Under the pieces are notes generated by a model that saw only the letters and a list, made by a program, of their open reading frames with translations, did not search any database and had not been told where the DNA came from. A stretch of 64,000 bases of DNA from Piromyces finnis finn (lineage: Eukaryota > Fungi > Neocallimastigomycota): positions 868,001 through 932,000 of the forward strand of contig MCFH01000012.1 of the NCBI GenBank assembly GCA_002104945.1, in the 5' to 3' direction. The position numbers and the translations under genes were made by a program. Below, piece by piece: positions 24,687-37,045 of this stretch (positions are counted from its first letter, which is position 1; each line of letters opens with the position of its first letter).

Positions 24687-25593
24687 AGAGGAAGAAACGG
24701 AATATTATAAAATATAAAAGCTACTCTTTTTCAAAGGATTTAATTTTTATTTATTTAAATTTAAATGGTTTGGTTAAACAACAACAAGAAGAAGAAGAAT
24801 ATACAAACATCTTTAGAATTTATAGTTTGAATTTTTTTTTTTTTTCTCTTTTTTTCCTTTTTATATCTACTTTGAAAAGAAAAACAAATATATAATTTTA
24901 TATATCTATGATAGAATCTATTATTTATTTTTAATATTTTTTCTTTTTATACCTTTTTTTTAAATATTTTTACTATTTCATTGTATCTACTTGTTTAATT
25001 TTAAAAAATAAAATAATCATAATCATAATAATAATAATTAAAAAAAGTCTAGAGTGTTTTTTTCACCTTTAACCACCCTTGGGAATGATTCATCATAAAA
25101 AGATAAAAAAAAAAAAAATATTTACATCTATTTTTTAAATTATTTTTATTATTATGTGGCATTATGTTTATTTTTTATTTTTAGATTAGTATTACATTTT
25201 TTTTTTTTTTATTTTACCAAAATATTATGATTATTTTTATAATACTAATTTATGATTTATATATATATATATACTATTTTTTTTTCCGCTTGTTGTGTAA
25301 TTTTATTTCTACAATACATCTGTTTTTATATAAAACTTTTTTTTTATTATTTGTAAAATATAATTGCAAAAAAATAATACTTTAAATATATTAATATTAC
25401 CTAATAATTAATAATAAATATATAAAAAAATAATATTAATTAAAAATATTATCTTTTTTTTTTTTTTTGGATAATTATTTCAATAATATTATTTTAATAT
25501 TTTATAAAAGATGCTATTAATATATTTGGTATTCTAATTTTTTTTTAGTTCTTTTTTCTTTTATTATTTTGTTTTTCTTGGGGTGAAATTCAT

Positions 25594-28500
25594 TTAAAGG
25601 AATGGTTCAACATTGATTTCTAAAGCAGAACATGGGTAAGAAATATCGAACTTTTCTAAAGTAGATGGGTGAACAATACCGAAACTACCAATAACCTTGT
25701 TGTTTAAGTAAACATCAGCTCTACGACCTGGGAAGAAAGTTGGGTCTAATTTTTAAGAATAAATTATATTAGAATTAAACTATAAATATATATAAAAAAA
25801 ATTTAAAAATTAGGATGAATTTAACTTACTTTCAGATTCCTTAATGTAGTAACCACCTTCTTCACCAACAGCAACACGGTTAGTGCTGAGCATAGCCATA
25901 ATTCTGTCAACCATACCGTGGATAACCTATATATTTTTGAAAATTATTATTTTTAGTTAAATTTATACCGAGAAAAAAAAAAGTCATGATCACAATTCCG
26001 TATTCTATATCAACATTAATTTAATAGACAAAAAATATTTACTTCAAAACCGGCAGTCTTGTTGGTATATACGGCAGCCATGTTTCTTTGGTTTCTAGCC
26101 TTTCTTTCATAGGTTTCATCCTTGAAAACAACATCAGAAACTTCAAAGACCTTAAGTGGAAGTGGCATTTTCTTGTTTTGAGCGATAGTCTTGAAAATAC
26201 CTGGTAATAAACTGTTTCTGACAACCTTTTTTATACAAGAAAAAAATATATAAAGATGCATTAAAAAACACTACACAATATCATTTTCATAATAATAAAA
26301 ATACTTTTGATTGTAAATATTTACTTGGTATTCAGCAGTCTTTGGGTTGGCTAACTTGACAGCAGTCTTACCATCATCAACTCTGTTTAAGAAAGCAAAG
26401 TTTTCATCATGGGAACACTATTAATTGTATCATTAATATTTTATTGAATATACGTAAATAGAGAGATACGAATACACATTAGTTTTTCCTATTTTTCCAA
26501 TATGATTTTTCCAAAGTTTTTTTTTTTTAAAAAATTATTTGAGGTGGAAAATAAATACTTACTAAGATTAATGGAAGAACTTCAGTGAAACCAGAGAGGG
26601 CAAATTCTCTTCTAATTAAATCAGATAATTTGTTTAATGGGAATGGAACACCAATAGTGTTAGTGTGTGGCTTAGTCTTTTCAATGTTGTTGTAACCGTA
26701 GGCAATAGCAACATCTTCAATAATATCACATTGATGAAGAACATCACTTCTGGTTGGTGGAACCATTACCTTAAGCTTATCGGTATCTTCCTTGTTGTAT
26801 AAGGAAGCATCAAGAGACATCTTAGCTAAGTAGTTAATAACTTCATCAGTTTTAAGGCTAACACCAACAGTTTCATTAATTAACTTAACACTAGCTTCAA
26901 ATTCCTTGTCAGATAAATCTGGGCAGACTCTAACAGTACCATCTGGGTAAACAACTTCAACTGGTTCAACACTAGATATTTCATTTTTTTATAATGCATA
27001 TATTTTTTAAAACGAAAAATATTTTTTAATTATTTAATAAAAATTTTTGTATAGCTTTAGTTTCAAGTACATATTGTGATGCTTACGTGAATTTTTCCTT
27101 ACAGTAAATAGAGAAAGTAGTAACAATAGTGTTTAAGACAATATTAGCCTTAGTTAAATCAGTAGCGGTACATTCAATGAAAATGTTCTTAGTGTCAAGA
27201 GAAATCTTTGAGTGATCACCATTAATAATTGGTGGTAAAGATAAAACAGTTCTGTTACTATCGAAAAGAATTGGGTAACGTGGTTTGTCACGAATGATAT
27301 GTAAGTATCTTCCGAGTTGTCTGTGGTTCTTTTATGATTTAAAATTATAATATTTATTAGATTTTAAAAAATAAATAGTTTTTTTAATACCAAGTAGATA
27401 AAATTACGTAAGATATTTTATGTTCTTTATATAGAAAATTCAAAATATTTAAATTTTATGATTTATTTACTTCATAGTAAGACATAATTTCATCACCATC
27501 CATTTCCTTTTCAGTGTTTAATGGCTTGAACTTTAAGTCCTTTGGAGCAAGAGCTTCATAGGTGAATGGACCTTGAATGGTGTCAAGATCGTGAGTACCA
27601 ATAGCAACAAGGGTACGTCTTCTGCAATTATCCCATAAAAAAGAATTGTAAAAAGATTTTTTAATATTACTTTACTTTGTTCATCTAAAATCGACACATA
27701 AAAATAATAAAATAAAAAAATACAATTAAATCACACAAACCTGCAAATGTTGTTGTGAAGCTTATCTTGAAGATCAATGAAGTTATCATAAGCAAATTTA
27801 TCAAAAGTAACATTTCTAAGAATGGCACAAGCACAGTATGGTCTAACATCTTGAGTCTAATAACATTTCCATTAATTTTATAAATAGTATTAATTTATAT
27901 GTTTATTACAGTTTTTGATTAAAAAATAATGAATGATTTTTTAAATATTAAAATAGTATAGTTTATAAAAACATTTATATAATGGTAATACTGGTAATAT
28001 TTAGTATATTTATAAAAAACTTTTTATTTACTTCTGGTTTGATAGTCATTCTAGTAATCTTTTCTGGCTTAGTAACAACGTATCTTGGTGGTTTGATTTG
28101 GCCAAGGTAAATCTTTAAAGCTTGTGAAATACCTTCTGGACATAATAAATCGTATCTTTTGTTATTAATTTAAAAGTTTTTGAATTATAATAAAGGATAA
28201 ATTATTATTATTGTTTTTTTTTTTTTGATTAATTTTTTTATTCATTAATAATATAAATCAAGAATCAAAAAGTTTTTTTAAATCAAGCACTTTTTTTTTT
28301 TTTTACAACATTCTATGCAATACTATTTTTATGTAAATATATATATTTAATTACCTGTTGGCTGGAATATCAATTCTGTAAATTCCTCTGTCAGAAAAAG
28401 TGGAAGCCTTTTCAGCACCCATTTCCTTAGTAGCCATTTCTTTTTCGGAGGTCTTTTAGTTATTTTAGAGGTATATCAAGTTATTAGTAATAATCTCAAT

Positions 28501-28943
28501 GAATCATTGTTATAATCAATTTTTTATATTAAAAAACATTTGAATATTTATCATTGTTATGCTTACATCATCTTCTAATTCAATACCGAATTCGAAACAT
28601 AAATCTCTGAATTCCTCGGTAGCTTTTTTTTTTTTTTTAATTAAATTTTATTTAGCATTTTGATGTGAATTTTATTTAAAATTTATTATATATCAATTCA
28701 TTCATTTATTTTATTATTATTATTATTATTATTATTTTAAGGTAATAAATATAAGGAATTAAAAAAAATAAAAAAAGATTTAAAATTGATGGTAACACAG
28801 ATTAATATTTTATTGATTTCAATTTTTTAATTTTATTTTTATTTTTATGGGAATAAGTAAAAGATTTAAAGGTATTTTTATTTACTGTAAACTTTGCCGA
28901 GTTCTTTGAAAAGATTTTCCTTGTCTACGTTTACTGTTGGCAT
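25594..28943 (-). CDS. FARSB: Phenylalanyl-tRNA synthetase beta subunit, cytosolic (many short exons)
   Basis: [121 protein letters not shown]. Confidence 0.96.
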
Positions 28944-30181
28944 TCTTACAAATTATAATCTTTTAATAAATTTATTATAAAATTTTTTTTATAATATTAA
29001 ACGTGAGGAAAAAAAAAAAAAAAAAAAATTAATAATTTCTTTTATTTTCTTAATATTACATAAAAATTATTACATAAATTATCATTTTTTTTAATTATTT
29101 ACATAAAATATTTTAATATATAAATATATAAAATTTTTTCATTTAAATCATAATGTATATAATGTATTATTAAATATTAAATAATAAATAATAATAAATA
29201 ATAAAAAAAAATTTTTTTTATTTGCCAATAATATGACAAAAAAAGGTGTGCAGTACATTTTGTAATAATGTATAACGTAATTAAAATGTATCACCAAAAG
29301 TAATAATGTATTTCATCAAAAATAGAAGATATTATGGTGATACATTAAAGTGAACAATTCATAAATTTTATTGGATTATAATATTTGGCTTACAAAGCCA
29401 CTAATAAAATTCATTAAACTAAATTAATTGTAATGTAATGTATCTAAAATGTACATATTATAATTAAACCTTCCAAGTTAAGTCCTTTTTATAATTTAAT
29501 AAAACTATGGAAATTAATTAAATATGAAAAATCTATTATATTTCAATGAAATTTATTAAAACCCATAAACTACGGAAATTATTTAAATATTATAAACTAT
29601 CCTTTTATTTTTATGTATATTTAAACATTCATGAGCATAATTAGGTTCATTAGGATGAAACACAGAGATAATATATTTTTTTGTTTTTTTTTTAAAAAAA
29701 ATAAACCTTTATAAAAGGGCTTTATTTTAATTTATTTTATTATTTATTTTTTCAAAAATTAAAAAGTATTATAAAACTTTTTTTGAAATTTTTGGATTAT
29801 TTATTTCCTTAATACAATGATTTGCTTTACTTTCTTTTTATACAAATGACTGTAGAGATATATGTAATCTAATTATTTAATTATTTCGGTATATTCATAA
29901 TTTACTGATTTTTAAATAAAAAAATATTGAATCAAAAGTTTCCCCCATACCATAGATGTGAAAATATAATATTTATTTTTTGAATGAATAAAATCCGGTT
30001 ATTAACAATAAATTTATAAGAATCCAGTTCGTATATTAACAGTTTAATTACATTAGAAATAAAAATTAAGAATAAAAAAAAAATAATAAAAATATATATA
30101 TAAGAAAAAAGAGGGGAAAATAGTAATAATTTTTCAATTTTTTTTCTCTTTTTTTCTTTTTTTTAATTTTAATTATGTAAC

Positions 30182-31123
30182 TTATTTATTAAAAATCAAT
30201 GGTGGAGTTGTATAAGGTTGACAATATTGTGATGATTGTGATGATGTTGATATTTTGGATTGATGTAATTGTTGCATTTGCATTTGTTTCTGATAAAAAC
30301 TTTTCTTTTTTAAGAAATCCGAATATTTATATAGGCATTGGAATGGTACAACACCCATTTCACCAGTTTCCATTGAAATAGCCATACACCATCCATCTTC
30401 ATATATTTCCCTGTTTTTTTTAAAAAAAATTTTTTTTAAATAGTAATGAAATTAATATTATTTAGGATGAAAACAAAGTATGTATTATTTTAATGATATT
30501 CCACATCAATTTTATCATTAATATTTTTTTTAAGAAAAAAAAAAAGAGACTTACTTTATACTTAATATTTGATTTTTTTTAATTGGTAATTCATCAACAC
30601 TTTTTGGAACGAATTCTTTTCTTACTATAAAGGTACTGTCATTAATTTCTAATATCAAAATTATTTTGAAATATATTTGTTAATTATAGGATATTTAATT
30701 GGTCAAAGTCATTGAAATTTTATAAACTTACCAAAATCTGGATGTAAATAGGGTTCATTATTAATGAGGTCCAATGTACTACTATTTTTTGAAATATTTT
30801 GACGACTATTATTATGACTATGATGATGATGATGATGTTTATTATGGTTACTTGATATTGGGGAAGGGAAGGGAGTATCGGATTTTATTCCTTTTGTTAC
30901 CTCTTCTGGTAAAGAGTATTTTCTTCCATAACTTGCAATAACATAACTTATTATTACAAACTTTTAAAATATTTATAATTTTAATATATTGTTTCATTAT
31001 ATATTTTAAAAATGTATTAATTTATATTTTAGTATATTATTTCATTATATATATTTTAAAATATTAATTTATACTCACGATTATTAAAGTTACTAATATA
31101 AATATTAATAATTGAATTTCCAT
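30182..31123 (-). CDS. Single-pass membrane protein with C-terminal SH3 domain (multi-exon)
   Basis: Exon 1 MEIQLLIFILVTLII (GTGAGT donor) plus FVIISYVIASYGRK forms a TM helix. His/Ser-rich spacer. SH3 elements KKEFVPKSVDELPIKKNQNI..IYEDGWCMAISMETGEMGVVPFQCL. Confidence 0.7.
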
Positions 31124-33177
31124 TTAAAATTTGTTTGTCAATTAATTAAATTATTGTGACTTGAAATGTATAGTTTATAAATATTCCTTTTCAATGATTT
31201 ATATTAAAACCAGTAATAAATATCTTTTTTCTTTCTTTCTTTCTTTCTTTATATTTACAATATGAATAATTTTTTATATCAACATAAAAATGTTTATTTT
31301 TTTGAATAAACGATTTTATAATGAAAATTAATAAATATTTTTTTCTTATGACTATTATATACAAATTTTTAATTTTGAAAGAAAACTAGTATTGATAATA
31401 ATAAAAAAATATTAATATTTCAAAATTATTGCATATCAAAATTAATCTTGATTAAATTCTATATATATATAGAAATTTGGTTTAATAAAATCAATTACTT
31501 AATTATTTAATTATTGATTTCTTCTCTTGGAAAAAAACTTTAAAATTTACTTTATATATAACTTTTACTCTATATCGCTATTTTTATTTCTTTTCCAAAG
31601 AAAAATTTTGAGTTTCTTTATCAATCGAGAATAGATATAATTAAATAAATTTTAAATTTAAAAATTAAATTATTTCTTTATAATAGATTATTTATTACTA
31701 TACTTTTATTATTAACACTTTGTATACTGTTAAAATATTTTTCTTTCAATTTTTGCAGTGTAATGTGTTTATAATGGTTTGTATTTAGTAGGGTTTTTTT
31801 TTTATTATTTTATAATATTTTTCTTGTGAAATTTTTTACTTTAAAAATAAAAAACAAAATAATATTGTTTATTATTATTACTACTGACTTTTATACTTTT
31901 AATATATCATACATTTTTTTTTCGTTTAATATATTATATTCGAGTAATAAAGTTAAATTTCAAAATAGTTTTTCTTCTTCTTCTTCTTCTTCTTTTAATA
32001 AAAATATAAAACTATATTTTCAATGTAACTAAAAAAAGAAATATTAATAGTCAATGATAATTTTCATTTTATAATATTTTTATCATTTACTATTTATTAT
32101 TATTGTTTTTTTTTCTTCTTTTTCCTTTTTTTTTTTTTTTTCTAAAAAGTATTCAACTTTTTTTTTTCCTTTTTGAATTGAATACTTGTTAAAAATTTCC
32201 TTTTTTTTTTTTTTTTTAAAAATAAAGATTTGATTTTTTTTTTTTGGTGGTGGTAGTTGTTTTGAATAATAATAAGGAATAATAAAAAAATAATTTAAAA
32301 ATAAATTAAAAAGAATTTATTTCATTTGTTATCCTTTAATTAATTAAAAATTTTATTTTATTAAAAATTTTAAAACTTTTTATTTTTATTATTCATTAAA
32401 ATTCTTTTATAATATTAAAATAAAAAAAAAAGACATAATATGAAAAAAAAATATTATATATTATATATAGAATAAATAGATAGAAAATAATAGGTATTTC
32501 TTTTATTTACATATTATTTTTTATACGATGATAACTATTGAAATGGTTTTTTTTTATGACATTTCATAATTACTTTTTTTTTTTTTGTTTTAAATTTATA
32601 TTTATTGAATTTAGGAATAATAGTAATCCTTTGAAAATTTGCAGTTTCAAAAAAGAAATTATTGTATTTCGATCATTTAAAAAAGTCAAAAGCAATATAT
32701 TACATTATATATTAATATATAGAATAAATAAATTCAAATTTAATGTAGAAAAGGATGTAAACAAAAAATAAATTAAAAAATAAATCCAAAATATATTTAT
32801 TAATATATTTAATATATGTAATATATATTATAGAATTTAAAATTTATAAAGTTTATTATAAATTGAATCTTATCTTTATTCATTTTTATCTTTCCATATA
32901 AATTAAACTTTTATTCCATTGTACCATATTTTTATGTAATCATTGCATAAATTAGAAATGAAAATCATTCCTGTTAGAATATGTGAAACGTTATGTCACA
33001 TGTATTCAAATGTATTGAAATGTATTAAAACGTATTTGTATATATTGTATTTAATTATATGTTTAAGCCACAATGTAAATGTTAGTTTGAGAAGAATGTA
33101 ACGCAAGTAGTTCTTTATCATAAAATATATTAATAAAGTTGACATAATTATAAACCTAAATTAAACAACTCTTAATA

Positions 33178-33188
33178 GATTAAGAGTC
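33178..33188 (+). promoter_or_regulatory. Primer-binding site complementary to the tRNA-Lys(CUU) anticodon arm (also at 43987-43997, minus strand)
   Basis: The reverse complement GACTCTTAATC is GA-CTCTTAA-TC, i.e. the anticodon loop with CTT and its closing pairs. It abuts the LTR end in both copies. Confidence 0.72.
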
Positions 33189-34100
33189 TCAAGACTCTCA
33201 AGAGAGAATCTCATTAATTCTCAAATGATTCTCTGAAAGATGAATCAAACCGCCAGATATGACATTTTGTCATAGGAGAAAACTGTAGGAAATTCTAACT
33301 ATCAGAACTAAATTATTTAATCTGAAATTTTCTATGTTTGATAAAATTATCTTGAGATCTAAAATTTGAGATTTCAAAATTTTAAGATTGAAATATTATT
33401 TTCGCCATAAATAAAAGATTCGAAGTAACTTAATATAGAAAATAAGGAAATAATCAATCTGATAAATAAAACATAGAAAGTAGTATATTTTCTAATATGA
33501 TATAAGTTAATCTACAATGATAGAATTCAAACATTAAATTTCCGAAAAACTAGTAAATTATTAAAATTTAAATTATTTTGAATTCAATAAACTCAGAAAA
33601 TATACAAATCAAATTAAATATAAATAAATAGCTTAACCCCCCAAGGAACAATACCTATATCACTATATTGATTTGATAACTTTGTAGCTTAAAACAAATC
33701 GTCAATAGTAAACTACAAAAAGCTTTCAGTAAATTTAATATTCCTTGAATATAGACATAATATCAATAGTAACAAAACTTCTATTCTCAAGAAGATATGA
33801 TATAGTAGTATTAACATTAAGAATATAATATGTGAAATTTGAATAAATAAGTTCCTTAAGCTTAGATTATTTATCAGGATAATTTTAAAATTTAGGTAAC
33901 AAAAAGAATATTTCCTAGCATTCCATATTAATTCTATAATAAAGCAAAATTTTATAAAGATCTCTACATCCATTATCTAAAGAAAGGATATGAGAACACA
34001 ATTATGAAAATTAGTATTTATCAATTATGATATATATTGAAAATTGTAATATGTAATATCTCCGATAAGGATCTTAACACTGATGAAATTAGAAATCCTA

Positions 34101-34865
34101 TATGGTTTATATTTCCTTAAGAAGCGTGGTTACAGAAAGATTTTAATTCCACTCCTTATGAAGAGTGATGTTATGACCAAGACAGCTCAATTATCTGATA
34201 TTGATGAAGAATTATACATGGTTTCTAAAGTTAATGATGATCCAGAACCAAAATGTTAGTGAACAACCAATGAGTACTTTCTATAGAGGTGAATGGTTCA
34301 GTGAACCAGAAAAGTAATTATTAGCCAGAGATGCTAGTTATTCAATTTGTTTCAAAAAGAAAGCTGGTGCTCACTGCAAAAAATACTTAGGGTCTTTTCC
34401 AGCATTAACTAATTCGAAAAGATTGAGCAATCCATTTTTTGTCAATCAGAAAAGAGCTGGGAAGAATTAGAACAATTAATTAGTACTACTGAAGATTTCT
34501 ACCAATCTCTTAAACTTCCATATCACGTTATTGCCATTGTTTCTGATGTCATAAACAATGCTGCTACTAAGAAACACGATCTTTAAGCTTATTTTCCATT
34601 CCAACCTGAATACAAGGAATTAGATAGTTGTCGTAACTATACTGATTACCAATCTAGAAACTTAGGTAACATGTTTGGTGTTAAGAAGATGAACTCCCAT
34701 GTTAAGAACTACGTTCACTTATTAAACGGTACTCTTTGTGCTAACGGACGTACTTTTTGCTGTACTCTCGAAAACTATCAAACCGAAAATGTTTTAATTG
34801 TTCCAGAACTATTAAGACCATATATAGATGTTGTTAAATTTATTTGTCAAAGAACTCACTTCTGA
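34101..34865 (+). pseudogene. Intronless, disabled seryl-tRNA synthetase catalytic-domain fragment captured in LTR element A
   Basis: YGLYFLKKRGYRKILIPLLMKSDVMTKTAQLSDIDEELY..EQPMSTFYRGEW..SWEELEQLISTTEDFYQSLKLPYHVIAIVS..NNAATKKHDL*AYFP..KELDSCRNYTDYQSRNL..VHLLNGTLCANGRTFCCTLENYQTE..VPELLRPY matches cytosolic SerRS. Contains stops and deletions. Confidence 0.92.
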
Positions 34866-36812
34866 CAAGAAAATAGTTAAAATATAATTTAGGAAGATAT
34901 AAAGTTTATTATATAGCATGAAGATTATTCAACTTGATATTGATCTACTCATTATGTCAATTTACATACAATAACATTAAATATCCATATATCCAGTTAT
35001 TAAAATATCCATTCACAAATATTCATGAACACATAATTACATATATTTACCAATATTTCATCTTATTTTCAAAAGAACTAGTTTTATTAACATTCATAAA
35101 ATAGCATTATTGTTATTGAAAGTATAGCATACATATTTATTTCAAGTAAATAAATTGTTTGTGAAATATTCAAATACTTTAACTACTACTATTTTAATGA
35201 GAAAATATTCTTTCCGCCATAGAGGAAAGATAGAACATAAAGAAAATACATAAAATTTATACAATTAGAAACATGAATTAGAATAATTAAACATTATTTG
35301 ATAAGTTTGTATAAAATATCCTATTGTAATGAAATTATGCAATGAACATTGAAACTATCCTTGTGAAAATGTCAATCAATTTCTTTATGATAATTTCACT
35401 CAAATCAGTATTATATAATTTAATCCAGTATACTATTCTTTGAATTAAATCATTATAACAATACTTTAAGATAATATTTAGCCTCAAAAGCATTATTTAA
35501 ATTATTGCTACCTATAAAGCAAATATATTACTGGTCAAATGCTCATCCCGTAGGCTGTTATTGCTAATATACATAGCAAATATTTCAAATGAGGTAATTT
35601 ATTAAAGTTAGAAATGCTTAGCGTGAAATGAGCATATTCTACATATATATATACTTTGAATAACCTAGCGTGAAATGGGTATATTCAATAATATTTTAAC
35701 AACTTATCATGATTTAACTTAGCGTGAAATGAGTTATATTCATAGATAATTATTAATGATGGTTTTAGACCTATATATATTTAATTTGGTCCCATCAATA
35801 ACAATGTAGTACCTTCATAGTAAGGGCTCCTTAGATTTAGATGACATTGATTCATCATATTTATTTATTACCAACATTCAAGAATGTTGTGACGCCGTTT
35901 TAAAATATAATTTACGGTGATTTAGTAACCTCATATATAAATCGCCACTTTCAACGTAGTGAGTGATCGCCGACCAATTAGCTGACATTCTAATTAACCG
36001 AGCCGACTTCGATATAATTTAGAAGAACTTTATTCTCTTCAACAATCGATATTTTAAATGTCATTATCTTACAATATTAACTTGTTATAATTTTACTGGT
36101 ATATCTACTTATTTTAATTTGAAGTAAAGAAATACATAATTGAGGAATATTTTATTCATTAGTTTGATATTCTATGATTATCACTACATTAAAATATATT
36201 ATCATGAAAATATTATTTCACTATATTTTAAAGGATAAGCAATTGAGAAAAATGAATGAAAACATTAGAATATGTTATTTATTATTTATGTAGGTATTAA
36301 TACTTATCGTATATGTTATGGAAAATTATTCATTATTATGAAAATTTGATGCAAAATGAATGAAATTTTATGAAATTTAAATTTCTCTTTTTCAAATCTA
36401 AGTATTTATTACTAAACATCTAGATTTGAGGGGGAAGTAGTGAATATACGAAATTTAAAATTCAAGATAATAATTTTTGTTTCTAGTTAAACATTGGAAA
36501 TAACTAAAACATTGCATAGAAACTAAGGCTTAATAAATAGAATGAATTGAAATTCAAATTGTAAAAATTTATAAGATTCAATATTCAATATGTAAAAATG
36601 AAAAGAACAAAATTTCAAATACAAAGTAAAATATTCTTAAATATTATAAGAATAATTAATCAATACAAAAGGCATAAAAGGAAATGTTAAAATTCAATAT
36701 ACATAAACTAAATAACTATTAAGAATTTAATTAAAATTTTACCATTATTAATTAGTATTTACAAATAGATTGAAATACAATTATGCTAATATTCTAAAGA
36801 AAATTGTAATTA

Positions 36813-37045
36813 TAAGGACATAAAACCAGAGAGTTATCCATAGGTTGTCCGAAGAACGTAAAACCAAGAAGATTAACCATAGGTTGTTAAGAGAACGTAA
36901 AACCAAAAAGAGTTATCCATATGTGTTGTCATAAGGACGTAAAATCAAAGGTTAACCATGAGTTGTTAAGAAAACGTAAAACCAAAGAGGTAAACCATGC
37001 GTTGTCATAAGGACGTAAAATCAAAGAGATAAACCATGTGTTGTC
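36813..37045 (+). repeat. Degenerate ~37-40-bp tandem array (6 units) in the 3' non-coding region of element A; 5 units in copy B (40164-40357)
   Basis: Unit approximately TAAG[GA][AG]CGTAAAA[CT]CAAAGAG[GT]TAACCAT..GTTGT. Copy B lacks the unit CCGAAGAACGTAAAACCAAGAAGATTAACCATAGGTTGT. Confidence 0.85.

Noticed and set aside
33713-33973. 86-aa ORF present in both elements (also 43203-43463), and the 64-aa ORFs 34671-34865 and 42313-42507, as genes
   Set aside because: The 86-aa ORF is antisense to the element, has no motif, and recurs only because the element is duplicated. The 64-aa ORFs are the tail of the SerRS pseudogene.
25594-34865. Functional clustering of PheRS-beta with the SerRS fragment
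   Set aside because: The SerRS piece is dead cargo of a mobile element; proximity is most likely coincidental.
36813-37045. CRISPR-like reading of the ~38-bp array
   Set aside because: Units are contiguous degenerate repeats without unique spacers; eukaryotic context; no cas genes.
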